A stretch of 64,000 bases of DNA, taken from the NCBI GenBank assembly GCA_028534125.1, contig CM052818.1, forward strand, positions 25,856,001 to 25,920,000, written 5' to 3'. This document shows positions 1-12,761 of the stretch, piece after piece; the first letter of the stretch is position 1; each line of letters starts with the position of its first letter. The notes under the pieces were generated by a model. It was not told the origin of the DNA. It made no database searches and was given only the letters and a program-made list of their open reading frames with translations. The stretch is from Lama glama. Its lineage: Eukaryota. A program made the translations under genes and the position numbers.

Positions 1-785
1 TGACTAAGGAAATGGGGAATTAGCTTTAGCTTAGGTCCTCTGTGGCGCCTTGTCTCCCCTCTCTGGACTCCCCTTCCCTCCATTAGTGGCCTCCATGCTT
101 GGACGCCACCTCACAGTGCCTCCTGGCCACCTTGTCTCTCCCCTGTGGCACATCACCCAGTCCAGGGTCTTATTTTCAGATGGGATTCTGGGAGATGGGA
201 CAGTTAACCTAAAAGGAAGAAATCCTTTAAGGACAGACATCCAGGCAACGACAGACTGGCCAGAGAATGATTTTTTTGTTGGGGTGGGCCAAGGAAACCT
301 TTCTGGGGTCCCCGCTCCGTAAGGCTGGTCCTGCATGTGGGAAACCCAAGCCCCAGGTAGTAGTAGCAGTGATACTTGTTCTCACCCAGCCCTTTGTGCA
401 GATGAGCGAGGCAAAGGGAAACCTGAGACCCGAGAGCTGTGCCTCGTGGGGAGGGAGTAGAAGAACCAGGAAATACCAAGTGATTGGATTCCAATCTAGA
501 TTACAGGGCCTGCCTGCAGAATTTACAGACATGTTCTAGGACTTACATGCACACATGAGGACGGTCCTGTAATGGGGGCAGATCACTCGTTTCAGTGATT
601 CTTCCATAATTTTTCTTTTATTTTTTTATACAAAGAACAACCTGTGATTGAGAATTCCCTTCAAGTCAGTCTGGAAGACACACAAGAAAACTAGTCTCTT
701 ATCTTTTCATTAAAAAAAATAAAAAGGGAGATTTCTTAGTGGGATGATGAGCCTTAGATGATCATTCTTTGCAACAAATAACTTT

Positions 786-1008
786 TGAAAAACAGCTTTA
801 TTGAGATACAGTTGATGTGCAATAAACTACACATGTTCAAGTATACATTTTGATGAGTTTTGACATATGTATACATTCATGAAACCATCACTACAATTAA
901 GATAATAAACACATCCATCCCCCCCAAAGTTTCCTGGTGTCTCTTGTATCCCATGCCTCCCATCCCATGTCCCCACCTACCCTGTCTTATGCAGCCAGTG
1001 ATCTGCTT
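786..1008 (-). mobile_element. L1MB-type LINE-1 3' end fragment
   Basis: cagctttattgagatac...gatgagttttgacatatgtatac...catgaaaccatcactacaattaagataataaac...cagtgatctgctt matches the antisense old L1 3' terminus. Confidence 0.85.
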
Positions 1009-1499
1009 GTAGCAAATGACATTCCATCTTTTCTAAATATCAGATTCTTTCTGAAAGGATGAAGATTTTCTTGCTCCTGGGACATGATCAGGAAGGGAGA
1101 TCCTTGAAAGAAGTCCCAATTAGTCCTCAGCAGTGGCAGCATTGTAGGAATGAATGTCTAGCTTCCGACGAAAGGATAATATTCATTTATCCTCCAAGGA
1201 AGAGATTATATCCACAATCCTGGTATGGCTTTTGAAGAATTGACCACAATATTTTATGTTTTATCTTGTATTTTATGATATTCTGTAGTTGGACTCTACT
1301 AACCCAAATTAATTGGCCAGTTCTACAACTGCATGTTGAAGCGATCATCTGTGAAAGTAATAACCCTTGTCTTTATTACAGCGGTCATTTGAGGAATTCC
1401 AAACAGCCTATGAAACATAGTTTTTATATTCTTGCTCTGTCTTCTATGAGGGAATGACTCCCTTTTCCTCGACGCTTGTTGCTTGTGCCCCGATATCCG

Positions 1500-1775
1500 G
1501 TCCATCTCCAGCGTGTGTCAGTTTCACCCCGTTCTTCCTGGGTCTTCTGTCAGTCTCTCAGGCAGGGCCATCTGCACGTCGCACCTGGAGGACTCCGGGC
1601 CTGTCAACGTCTTCAGCCTCCTTATTGATTCTCCTGCTTCCAGTCTCTCCCTCTTTTCATCTTCTAGGTATCAGTGGAATCTTTATAAAAGGCAAATCTG
1701 ATCATATCATTCCTCTGCTTCAAATATTAAAATTTGTGACCCTCTGATGTGGCCCCTGTCTACCTCTCTGGTGCC
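1500..1775 (+). mobile_element. L2 LINE fragment
   Basis: ctcctgcttccagtctctcc...aaggcaaatctgatcatatcattcctctgctt is typical of the L2 3' region. Confidence 0.7.
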
Positions 1776-2294
1776 TCTCTCCTCAAAGCACCCTCCCACC
1801 CCACTCCATAGTGCTTTTTAGGTTGCAACCAGGAGAGATTTTAATATTATTACAGAAAGTAGGGTTTCTCCTACTTTCTCCCCAGTTCGATCCCGGTTTC
1901 CTGAGACTCACCTTCCAACCATGCCAGATAGCTTGAGGATCCCTGCCTGCACCGTCTGCCTTCTCAGCTCTGTGCCCTCGTAACTGCTATTTTCTTCTGC
2001 TCGAAATCCCCGTAGACTTTCCTGTGGTTACCTCCCTCCTTTGCAATGCTCTTATTACCATCTTGCCACTGAACTCTGTGAGTAGTGATTTTTGGTCACT
2101 AATATTGAGGCCAAGGGATCATTACAGAATCCCTGAACGTGGCACCTATGCTTGTGAATGAAATGCAACTTATCCCTAAATCAACATCTAATAATTTCTA
2201 GGACTGTGTCGCTGGTGAGGAGGGTTTAATAAGTCAGAAATCACTGGTGGTACATGATGGAGAGTGTACCAGTAGCCTGACACAAATGCTGATC

Positions 2295-2663
2295 ACTTGT
2301 GCTTTTTTTCTCTGCCAGGAACTCTCTTCTCCCAGAGTGACCACCTTACTCCCTTAACCCTTTTAGCTCTCTGTACCTTGATTAGCAAGACCTTCCCTGC
2401 TCACTCCTGTAAAATAGTAATGACCCACCCCTAGCAATCCCTATTCTCTTACGTTCTTTTTTTTTTTACTTCTTTCATACTTATTACCATCTGACATACC
2501 ATAAATTTACTTTTGGATTTGTTTACTGTTTATTTATTATCATTAGAAATAATAAAGGGGAGGAATTTTTCTGTTTTTTTCTTTTTTCTGCTGGATGCCT
2601 AGTGCCTGGTACAGTGCCTGACACACAGTAGGTGCTTGAATACATGTGTTGAAAGACTGAATG
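2295..2663 (+). mobile_element. L2 LINE 3' end
   Basis: Ends with agtgcctggtacagtgcctgacacacagtaggtgcttgaatacatgtgttgaaagactgaatg, the canonical L2 terminus. Confidence 0.85.
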
Positions 2664-3328
2664 TGTGCAGAGAACAGCTCATGTCACTGGAAGACGTTGC
2701 TTGGCATTTTGGTTTCTACATGATGGAGTGAGTTAAAGAATAGCTTGCAGGCAGAAACAGTAGCAAACTGTGGTCATAGGGATGGTTTTGAGAATTTCAA
2801 GAATGAAAAGAGCCTCTCTCTTATCCTCAAGCAATATAAATATATATAAAAAAATGTAAGGTCTCACCCTGTGTCTGGAATACTAATAATATACGTGAAG
2901 AAGCAAAGAAGGAACAAAGAAAAATGAATTCTAATAAATCAGAGAGATTGAAGAGAGAGGGAGAAGGAAAGAGATGCTTGATTACGCCAACCTTTCGATG
3001 CTACCAGCAGATCTTTGGTGTTTGCTCTAAATTCTGCAAAACCAACTGCACTGACCTATGAGAAAAAGAAAATGGCAAAGACAAGCTGAAAGCTGAGATT
3101 TTATTTTGAGAAGCAACCCCAAGGGTTATGGATGATTTGCCTGAGGTTCACCTCGATCTCACAGGAGCTTTGAGCAGGTGATTTGTGGCCCCCGAGCCCG
3201 TGGCCAGCCGCTTCCTCCTTCTGGGCCTCAGCTTCTGCTCAGAGGAGAGAGAGAATTGATGAACACTGACGTCCCGGATCTCTTCCACCAGTGAAGTTCT
3301 GTGACTTTGTGTCCTGATAAGGATTTTT

Positions 3329-3441
3329 TAAAAAATGTATTTAATTAACTTACAATTTTTTAGTGGAGGTACTGGGGACTGAACCCAGGACCTTGTGCAT
3401 GCTAAGCATGTGCTCTGCTGCTGAACTATTTCCCTCCCCCC
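3329..3441 (-). mobile_element. tRNA-derived camelid SINE (vic-1-like)
   Basis: Minus strand reads ggggagggaaatagttcagcagcagagcacatgcttagcatgcacaaggtcctgggttcagtccccagtacctcca (A/B-box-like) plus an A-rich tail; TSD gataaggattttt (3316-3328) / gacaaggattttt (3442-3454). Confidence 0.9.
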
Positions 3442-3666
3442 GACAAGGATTTTTAATTTGTCCTCATTAATGCAGAGATTCAATTAACCAGGACATTAAA
3501 TTCCCCGAGCATTCTGGTTAATTGGATCTTTACTACAATAGCCCCAAATTTTATTTATTACTGTGTTAAAAAAAAGTTTGTGTGTGTGTGTATTTTACAT
3601 CTGTGAAGAATATAAAAGCATTTAACTGTAACAACTAGAGGTTTGGCTAGAAGTTATCCCTCAAAG

Positions 3667-3886
3667 CAGAGTTTCCAAAACATTTTTGACAGTGACCCAT
3701 GGTTAAAAAAAAAAAACAACTAACCTTTTACATCACACACAGAGTAATGAAAGTTTTGCAAAACAGTTCCTAACCTTACCATAGGATGGAGTGTGAAGTA
3801 AAGTTATTTTCTATTCTATTCAGAAATGTCAGCCAGCATACTAACTGATTTCCTGGCCTTCCTGGTTCCCAGTTTGAAAAGCATAG
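3667..3886. mobile_element. hAT-Charlie non-autonomous DNA transposon (MER103-like)
   Basis: Degenerate TIRs cagagtttccaaaac / gtttgaaaagcatag; internal ttttctattctatt; TSD-like flanks cctcaaag / ccctaaag. Confidence 0.7.
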
Positions 3887-5984
3887 CCCTAAAGCACCAC
3901 AGGCCTCTGCCTGCCCCCCTTGGAGCTCTCGGGGTGTCTACCGGTAATAAAATGCCAAGACATTCCAGCTGTGAGAGACGCCCCTGTGCTTTAAATCCAG
4001 GTCTCCTGATTCCAAGTCTAGTGCTCTTTCTAACTGTCTGCTCTTGTTAATTGTGACTTAATAGTAGCCTCAGTGGGGCTGGAAGCCGAGGGTGAGGAAA
4101 TGAGTCTTAATCTTCCTCAACTCCTGAGAAACGCACTCTCTCAGGTACACACTTCTCTCTTCTTTTGATTGAGGGAGGAAAAGACAGGAGAGGAAGGACG
4201 ATAACGTGATATGCCCTAAGTGGGAGGTGGGGACTAAAGCTCAAAAGAAGCACAACTTTCTTTTCCAACTTCCCTCTTCTAGGTCTGACATCATTCTTAC
4301 TGAGTTGAGATGAGATGACCAGTCCTGAGCCTGGTGCTCAATAGCCATCATTCATTCATCAATATTAATTGCTTCCACTTCTTGAGCTCAGTGCCATGGA
4401 CCAGGTGCTGGGACTGCTTGGGGGCTGGGCCTGCAAGAAGCATAAAGGAAAAAGGAAAAGACAGTAAAGTGGGCGATTTCTCCCGTCCTGTCTGAGCCTT
4501 AGAAATACATTCCCGTTTCTGCTTTGAGCCAGAACCAGAGTGCTCCCCACAGAGCTCTCACGGTCTGTGCCCCACTGTCTGCCTCTGGGTATTGAGCTGC
4601 TTTGGGTTCAGGCAGGGAGGTACTGCAGGAAAAAATAATGGCAATCTCACCCCCAGTTTGGTAGTGCTTTGAATCTCCATCTTTTCCTCTGGTTCACCTG
4701 CTACTGTTAACTTTTCAGAGTTCTCAAATGTGCAGCCCATGTACTCCGGTAGGAGAGACAGAGTTGTCCCAACCTGAGTCAGGGGAGGGGGGCTTTCATG
4801 CTCCCCCAGCCTCATTCCTTGGCTGAGGGCCACAGGTGGGGGGTTAAGTTGCCAGCCACCTTCAGCTCTTTTAGTTGCAGAAAGAGTGGGTTTTAGCAGC
4901 CCCAGAGCAGTCCTATAAGAGAGCGAAAACTCACTGAAGGGAGGGCACGAAACCTGTTGAAAGAGATCTGAGCGAATCTGGGAGAAGCACCAAGATAATC
5001 TACTACAGGAGCCTGCCCAAGGTGGGCAGATCCTAAAACAGACTGTGGCCGGGTGACCCCAGAACACCTGGGTGTCCACCTAGGGGTAGGGGTGAGGCAA
5101 CCTGCTGCTCTGGTCCCTCCGCTCCAGGCAGTGATGGGGATGTGCTTGTGCTTTGTGACCCCCTTCAGGTTAAACAGGGACAGACAGAATGCCCGCAGAG
5201 GTTTTCGGATTTTTCTAGTAAAACAGTTTAAAAGCCCCTTCTGTCTTTGAAAAGAATTATTTCTGGGCCGAATGTTTCCTGGGAGACTCTTGCTATTTCT
5301 TAGAGCTCTTTGCTTGATGCTTCTTCCTGTCTTTTTTTTTCATCAAGCATATCCCCAGCTGTCCCAGCTGCTGTCGAAAATTCTTCTTGGGGTTTTGTGG
5401 TTTTGTTGTTTTCCCTTCCACATGTATGCGGGTTATATTTGGATGTCGTAAAACAGCCTTCCTCATGGTGTCACATGGCACTCTGAGTGATGTCCGCAGT
5501 GGAAACTGCTGGTAAAGTAGGCTTTGGCAGGCCTGGTGTGGGATCAGAGATGGGGTCATGGCGCACCCCAAGCAAAACCATTGATACCTGATACCTGAGC
5601 TGTAGGGGAAAGAGGGGAGTGACCCTTACCACAATGTGGCGGCCTCAGATCCCCCTGTTTGCTTGAGAATTTTTGGTTTGGTTTGGTGTTGCATGGGGGC
5701 CAGTGTCGTCACTGATTAAAGAGTGATGAGCTGGAGGTTGATAGATGAAGGTGAAGGAAAAAGGCAGAGGGTACCCAGTGCTCCTCCCAAGAAATGAGGG
5801 GCTTGGCCACAGTGTGAATCAGCTGCTCCTCTGCAGTTAGAGTCCTGCTCTGAAAACACGCCAGTTGAACTACACACAGTGGACTTAGTAATGTAGTTTC
5901 CAGACAGCCTGGTCTAAGTTCCTTATCTCATGTAAAGCAGCAGCAGTTTGGGCACCAGTGGTCTGCAGACCACTCTCTGAGCAG

Positions 5985-6575
5985 CTCTGCCCTAAGAAAT
6001 TCTTGCACGTATATTATACAGGAGATGCAGACGAGAGTGCTTATAATAGCTTTGTTTGTAATAACTAAGAAAGGAAGCAGTCCAAATGTCCACAAATAAT
6101 AGAGAGGTAATGGTGCTAAGATCGTACACTGGAATCCCATAGAGCAGAGAAAATGAACAACCTACCAGTACACACATAAACATGGACGGATTTTAAAAAT
6201 ACTGTTGACCCTAAAGAACAAATCCAAAGGCGACCATCACATGAATTCATTATATGAAGTTTAAAACTAGGTACCATTAAGCAATTTAGTGGTTAGGGAT
6301 GTATGACCCATGGATTGAAACTGGAAAGAAAAGCAAAGGAGTGGATAACACATTTATCAGGTCAGTGTCTTGCCTGGGGTGGGAAGGGACAGGAAGACAG
6401 TTGGGAAGTGGCGGGCCCAGAGGAGCCTACAATTTATTGGCAATAGTTAATTTCTTAAGTTGGTGTGCATGTGGGTGTTTGGTTTTTTATTATTATTCTG
6501 TAAACTGTACATACATGTTACACACACACTTTTGTAAGAATGATCTATTTCACAATGAAGAAAAATTTAAAATAA
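5985..6575 (+). mobile_element. L1ME-type LINE-1 3' UTR
   Basis: atagctttgtttgtaataac...ccaaatgtccac...aaaatgaacaac...aagaaaagcaaaggagtg...tttcttaagttggtg followed by an A-rich end. Confidence 0.8.
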
Positions 6576-8313
6576 AGTCAAAGCCAAACCCTCACCCCAG
6601 TTCTACTAAAAGTTAGTGTGGATGAATGGTATGGGCCTCAAAGGAAGAAGAACTTTCCCGAATGTGATGCCTTGAAGGTGTGGGAAGGAATCAGGGAGAA
6701 AGGAGGAAGGTAGTCCACCCCTGCCCTAAGCATCAGCAACTGGATGGAGGCATGTCCTGCTGTCCTCAGGACCTCTTGCTCACGTCGCCCTGGGTCTGCA
6801 GCTTGTCCACGTTTACCTCTTCCTTTCTGCACCACAGTCCTCAAGATTTGGCCTGTTTTGCTTTCCCTTTCAGAGCTGCCCCCACATACTCCATTTCTTG
6901 CAGCTTTCCCATCTCTGTGTGCTGAATAAGATGCATTAATCCTAACGTCTCAAATTGTGACCCCCCAAAACAAGTGCACTGGCCCATTTGGGGTTAAAGT
7001 GTGAAAGCATTTGGGATGGTGTAGAAATGTTTCCTAATACTGCTTCCAAAGTTTGGTCACTCACCATCTGATTACCTTTTTAGGGAAGGTTTATCATTCG
7101 CCGGCTGAAGTTTATTTTAAATTCTGTCTGGTTTGCAAACACATTTTTCGTTGACAGCTCTTGTTTGAAATGTTTGGGCTCACTTTGCTTTGGGTAAAAC
7201 ACGTTGTCAAGTCTTTTTTAAACCCTGGTTGCTAGATGGCTTTTCTTGCCCTACAACTTGGTGTTCATGAACCTTAGAGTCAGAAAAGCTTAGAGTTAGA
7301 AGGGACCTTGGAAGTCACCTCTCCAACTTCCCACCAGTAAAATAATTTTTTCTTAAACAAGCCTGGATCACCGGCCTCTGATAACTTGCTTTTTAAGGGC
7401 ATTGCTATTAGGGACAGGGAGTGCCATAGGTTACAAACTCATAAAATTTTGCATTGATATTCTTTTTGTCTTTGAGAATCGAAAATCAGTGTGAGCAATT
7501 CAAGTTTGCTAATTGAATTAAAATGAACACAGACGCGTGCAAAACTGTTTCTAGAGATGCAGCATGCCTTTCATGGTCAAAAACACCTTTAATCTACTTA
7601 ATATAATCATATACTGCATTAGGAAGGACAGAGATGGCAGAGGAGTTGGACCCATCACTTGGAAGTAGGAGTGGAGAAGCCAGGGAGATTCTGCTACTTG
7701 AGAATCCTCTGTGCACAGGTCCATCTGTCCCTTTGTCTTTGCTTTCTTTCCTCCTTAAAGTTACAGAAACATAGGCATTGCTTCTCCTCAAAAATGAACT
7801 CACTACTGGTTCCAGCTGAAGGCAGCAGGACTGTTCTGTCACCCCTCCCCCACCCTCAGTCTTCCTGGCCTCCTGGGTCACTGGCTGCCTTTTCTCAAAA
7901 GGCTGAGCCCACCCAGAGACAGTGCAGTATGTGTTAACAATTGCCTTTTCCACTTGACTTCCCACCTTTTGTTCTGCTCTGCTAGCGCCAGGAACCATGC
8001 CATGACCCCAGCTGCCGTCATAGTGAAGTGGGTTTTGGGCCCTGATCCAGGCTGGGACCTCAGGGGAACATAGGTCCTATAAGGTGAGGGAAGGAAGCCA
8101 GCCTGGAAAAGACCAGAATTCATCCACTGGAGCAGCAGGGTTGTTCTACACTGAACTCCCAATCTCTTGCAAGCTGGGGAGAGTTTCTGGGCTAAAGAGG
8201 GTAGCTGAAGATGCTTTTTAAAAATTGAGGGCAGGATGCCCAGACATAGGTGGGGAGGGAGCGATTTAAGGTGCTGACCCAGCCTGGACACGTAGCGTTC
8301 AAAGTTCAGTGGG

Positions 8314-8556
8314 AAGAAGACCAAAATGAACTTATTTACAAAAAAGAAACAGAATCACAGGTACAAAAAAACACACATGGTTACCGGTGGGGGAAGGAGG
8401 TAGAAAGGGATAAATTGGGAGTTCAAGATTTGCAGATACTGACTACTAGTATATAAAATAGATAAATAGTAAGTTTCTTCTGTATAGGACAGGAAACTAT
8501 ATTCAATATCTTGTAGTAACCTATAATGAAAAAGAATATGGAAACAAACAAACAAA
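8314..8556 (+). mobile_element. Artiodactyl/camelid L1 3' UTR fragment, truncated at both ends
   Basis: aatgaacttatttacaaaaaagaaacag...gggataaattgggagtt...actatattcaatatcttgtagtaacctataatgaaaaagaatatg; TSD aaagttcagtggg (8301-8313) / aaggtccagtggg (8557-8569). Confidence 0.9.
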
Positions 8557-9803
8557 AAGGTCCAGTGGGCATGGAAGCCCAGGCGAGTTTTAGTAATGGT
8601 GCAGTGAGTCGTGGTTGGTGGGACAGGGCCCTTGGTGGGAGATGCACAGAACTGGAGAACTGACTCCTTCACAGCAGGATGTCCCGGTCACAGCCTGTGC
8701 AGGTGGGAGTTGCAGGGGTGAGGAGTCAGGGGACAGGGTTCAGGGTTCAGCCCATGGGCCAGGGGCAGGCTAGAGCCAGGCAGAATGTCAGGGCCACAGC
8801 CTGGTGGTCAGGGCAGTCAGCGTGCCCCACAGGCAACCAGAGGCAGCAGCCTCCTCCGCAGGCTGTGATCCTGCGGCATGGGGCTCCCCCAACCCCGTGG
8901 CCCCCAGTCTAGGGCCTGCAAGGGGGCGAGGGAGTCTGGGGCTGATTATCTGAACTGCTGGGCTCCAAGTTCCATCCAATCAAGTCAACAAATATTTGAC
9001 GGGATACTTGTGTGCGAGGGAGTTGTGGTAGGATCAAGAAGGGGTTGGGTGGCTGCCTGGGAGGTGGATTAAGAAATGCCATCTGTACACCATACAGATT
9101 ATACGGCAGATTACAGAACCAAAGTGTGTTCTTCACTAGTCGATACAGGCACCAGTTTGCATGAGTCGTTTGCATGGGGAGGAAGGGAGGCTGAGGACAG
9201 ACGCAGGGGAGAGGAAGGCGGCGGAGAGAGTTTGCATGGACACAGGGCAGTGCTAGTCTCTGACCTTGTCTCCCAGGCCATCAGGAAGGGACTGAGGAGG
9301 TCGTTTTCATAGGACCTCATGCAGACAGGGTTCCCAGCTGTCTGCTTTGGTTCCAGAGTGACTCCCATGGACACTGAATGGAGGACGGGCCTTCCTCCCA
9401 TCCCTGTGCAGCACATCTCTGAGTGTGAGCGTAACCCCATGTTGGCCCCTAAGCCTTTGGTGTAGTGGAAGCAGCCCCCTTGGCAAGAATACAGGTGTAT
9501 TCCCAGAGGGCAGCCTGGGAGCACCCAAGTCCCTTCCTAGCCTCTGCCGGCAGGACTTCAGTGGGGCTGGAGGGCCCCCATCATGTAGGTGCAGGTGGGA
9601 GCCAGTGACGTTCTGACACATCTGTTAGTTTCACTGGATTGGTACCCGCAGCCCAGTGAGACCTGGAAACGCTGCGCTAGATAGAGCAGTAGAGCACTTT
9701 AATCCTTACCTTCATAACAGCCTTGAAAAATCCCACCCCCTGCCCTTTTTCATTTCACAGAGCTTCTCTGAATCTGTAATTACCTTGTTTTTCTTCCTTT
9801 AGT

Positions 9804-10122
9804 CCGAAAGTCAGCAAATTTTTTTCCTGGAAAGATCCAGATAGTAAATATTTTCAGATTTGTGGGCTATGCAGTCTCTCTTACGACGGCTCAGCTGTGT
9901 CATGGGAGCGTGGAAGCAGCCACAGACATTGCAGCGGCTAATGAATGGGATGGGGTTCCAACGACACTTTAGTTGTGAACACTGAAACTGGAATTTTATA
10001 TAATTTTTCACAGGTTGCAAAATATCCTCCTTTTAATTTTTTCACTAATTCAAAAAAGTAAAACCCCTTTTTTAACCTGCAGAGTACAAAGACAACCTGT
10101 GGCTGTGGTTTGTCCCTCCCTG
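9804..10122 (+). mobile_element. MER58B-like hAT-Charlie DNA transposon, within L2 remnants
   Basis: gtcagcaaattttttcctggaaagatccagatagtaaatattttcagatttgtgggc...gcagccacagaca...ttttatataatttttcac. Confidence 0.85.
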
Positions 10123-11319
10123 TGTCCTCGTCATCGTGCTCCTCGTGCCCAGCATGCTGTCTGACACATACTCGGTGCTCCAGTTATCTGTTGGAGGAGT
10201 GACCTTCTCCACTTCACAGACAAGGAACCCACGCCCCACATGTTAGTCACCTCTCTCAGATGTGGGGCTGCAGCTCAAACCTGCCTGCTGGTTGGGTCGC
10301 TGTGGAGTTGCAGCCTGTGGTTCTTCCAAATCCTGTGCTCCTACCAAATCACGGTTTCAGCTTTTGCTGAAAAAATACCGCCACACGGAAGTTCAGAGTT
10401 TGGGACTAGGAATTTCACTTGAGCAGAAAACTAACACTGTAGATTCTGTTGCGTCACCTTTCAAAATGACTGAGCTGTGGAAACTTCGCTTTAACGCCTC
10501 AGGTATTTTTTGTTTTTTGTTTTCACTCTGGGGGCCGCGCCGTTCCGGGTCTACCTTGGAAGACGGCTGTGAAGAACAACGGTAGGGGCTTCACAAGTAT
10601 GAGTGTGTTCTTCAGATGGGACATTTTCTTACAATCAAAATTGGTATTTTGTGTGTTTTTTAAATAATGGCTCTGTGTCAGGTGGGGGCTACCCAAAACC
10701 TAGAAAATTCCAGCTCCCTGGTGGAAAAACCGGTTTTCCTCCGAAGTCTGTCTGTATCTCCACCCCCATCACTGTCAATGCCTACACCCAGTTTCAGTTT
10801 AAGTCTCTGTCTTGATTACTGCACTCTTTTTCCCACTCTGGGGACTTACTCCCACACTAGTTCTCACTTGGCCTCAAGCCTGCCCTGCGCCTCAGGCGGT
10901 GCGGTTAACCGCAAACCACCCAAGTTTCCAGGAAGCAGGTCAGGACGTGCTCGCTCGCCTTCTCCTGGAATCTTATAGAGTCTACACCTGGGTTTCACTG
11001 TTTCGGGTGGATTCTTATACTGAAGGCTCTGGGAGGGGTGGGCAGGGATCTTGGCCACTGGCTGGGCACTACCTCAGTGCCTCCCCTAGGCCCCTGGGTG
11101 CTGTCCTGACCAACAGCAGCCCCAGCAGCAATGTGATCCTCCCCTCCTCCACTCTGCTTCCTACTGACAGAGGCCTGCCCCACCCAAGGGTGTGCATCTC
11201 AAGGGTGGGCAGTGGCAGCCCTCCCTGAGGCCTCTCCCTCAGCAGGCCTTGTATTTGATGGGCCTTTTTGGGTCTCATACTAGGAAGCATAGTTAATATC
11301 AACACAAGTACCCTCCCCA

Positions 11320-12030
11320 ATTTTTTATATTATAAAAGTAATATACACTTAATGTGGAATGTTTGAAAATACAAACAAGCGCAATGAAAATAAAATCCAC
11401 TTATAATCACTCTACTCAGAGATAACCACCATTAAACATCTTAGAACAGATCCTTTGAGTCCTCTTATAGTCACATCTTCTAAACATAATGCATCATATC
11501 ACAATGCTGCTTTGTTAACTCAGTTTGTGTTTTCACTTAATACATCGTGAGAACATAACCACTTCATTACGTATCTTTTTATACTATGATTTTTTACTGC
11601 TATACTGGGTTCCATGGTAGATGTGGGCACAGAATATTTAATAAATGCTGTTTGTTGGACATTGAGTTTGTTTCTGTTTTTTTTTTATGGCAAGATGAAC
11701 ATCCTTAATTATAAATGATTTTATGTATGTCTTTCTGCTTCCTTAGGATATATTTCTAGAAGTGGAGTTAATTAGGTCAAAAGCTCCGCATATTTCTAAA
11801 GGCCAGATTGCCTTCTAGAGATGATCCAATTTTTGTTTCTACCAGTAGCGCAAGAAATCCCTGTTCCCCAACCCTTGCCAACATATTACTGGATGTGTGA
11901 TAACTTTTAATTTGGTTGCAATAAACACCATTTCATCTTTGTTTTATTTTCTTAGACAGCTGATAAGGCTGAATTTTTCCATGTGTTTTTCAGCCATTTG
12001 TATTTCTTTTGTGATTGGCCTTTTGTGAGC
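11320..12030 (-). mobile_element. Old L1M (L1ME/MC) 3' region
   Basis: cagagataaccaccattaaacat...ttggacattgagtttgtttc...cttaggatatatttctagaagtgga...gccagattgccttc...cagccatttgtatttctttt. Confidence 0.8.
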
Positions 12031-12072
12031 ATCAATAATTCTTTCCTTGAATGTATTTATTAGGCATATCTT

Positions 12073-12256
12073 AGGTTCAGATTTTGGCTCTTTTTTGACC
12101 TTGAGCAAATCACTCCATTGAGCCTCAGTTTCATCACTGATCGGATTAGAAAATACTTCTTATTAAATAGAGTCACTGTTAGGATTTAATGAGACAACAT
12201 ATGTAAAGTGATTTCCAGCCTCTGTCACACAGGAGGTGCTCAATAAATGCTAACTT
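12073..12256 (+). mobile_element. MIR SINE
   Basis: gaccttgagcaaatcac...gagcctcagtttc...aggatttaatgagacaacatatgtaaagtg...ggtgctcaataaatgc. Confidence 0.85.
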
Positions 12257-12289
12257 CTTTCCTTTCCCCAACATAGGGAAAGTGCTATG

Positions 12290-12755
12290 AGAAACACGTA
12301 AATGTGCAAGACAATGTACTTGTTTTCAAGAAATATACAATCCAGTAGGGGCAATAAAATATACCCAGATATTTGACATAGACTTTATAAGCTGGATAGA
12401 ATTTTGATGGGGTGGGAAGAATTCCAGAGAGAGCTGGTGGCAGAGGTGGGAAGGTATCCAGTGTGTTTGGGGAGTGGCAGGTAGAATAAATGGATTCTCG
12501 GGGAGTAACAGATAAGCCCGGGAATAGAGATTAGGGCCTACACAGTGGAGGGACTTTGAAATCTAAGCTAAGAAATTTGTATTTTGATCTGCAGTAGTAA
12601 GGATTTATTGAAAATTTTTGAGTAGTGAACTTAAACAGTCAAAAGTAGATTGTGGGCTAATACAAAGAGACTGAAATTGGGGAGATTAGCTGGGAAAAAT
12701 ATAATCATGATCAAATTTATAGGATATATAAAATACCTTGATCAGTGCTGATCCT
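12290..12755 (-). mobile_element. Degraded L2 fragment (probably resumes after the LTR at about 13442-13545)
   Basis: Purine-rich antisense L2 pattern, e.g. ggcagaggtgggaag...gctaagaaatttgtattttgatctg...attgaaaatttttgag. Confidence 0.5.
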
Positions 12756-12761
12756 ATGAGA

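Noticed and set aside
1364..1420. Acceptor-like ctttattacag followed by RSFEEFQTAYET*
   Set aside because: Too short, with no recognisable protein or nearby poly(A) support.
2992..3075. Minus-strand acceptor ttttctttttctcatag|GTCAGT with a 64-nt open frame VSAVGFAEFRANTKDLLVASK
   Set aside because: Peptide unrecognised and donor mediocre; cannot be distinguished from a common pseudo-exon.
3360..3441. tRNA-like sequence (also 51807-51888)
   Set aside because: A-rich tails and TSDs identify these as SINEs, not tRNA genes.
4558..5079. 173-aa ORF, and similar 170-190 aa ORFs at 29287-29817, 34650-35210 and 35092-35622
   Set aside because: No recognisable domain or supporting exon structure; one overlaps a MITE; lengths are compatible with chance in GC-richer DNA.
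5311..5349. 9-bp inverted repeat tgcttgatg / catcaagca, and a GCAGT-GGAA-ACTGC hairpin near 5496
   Set aside because: Stems are too short for a miRNA or structured RNA and are expected by chance.
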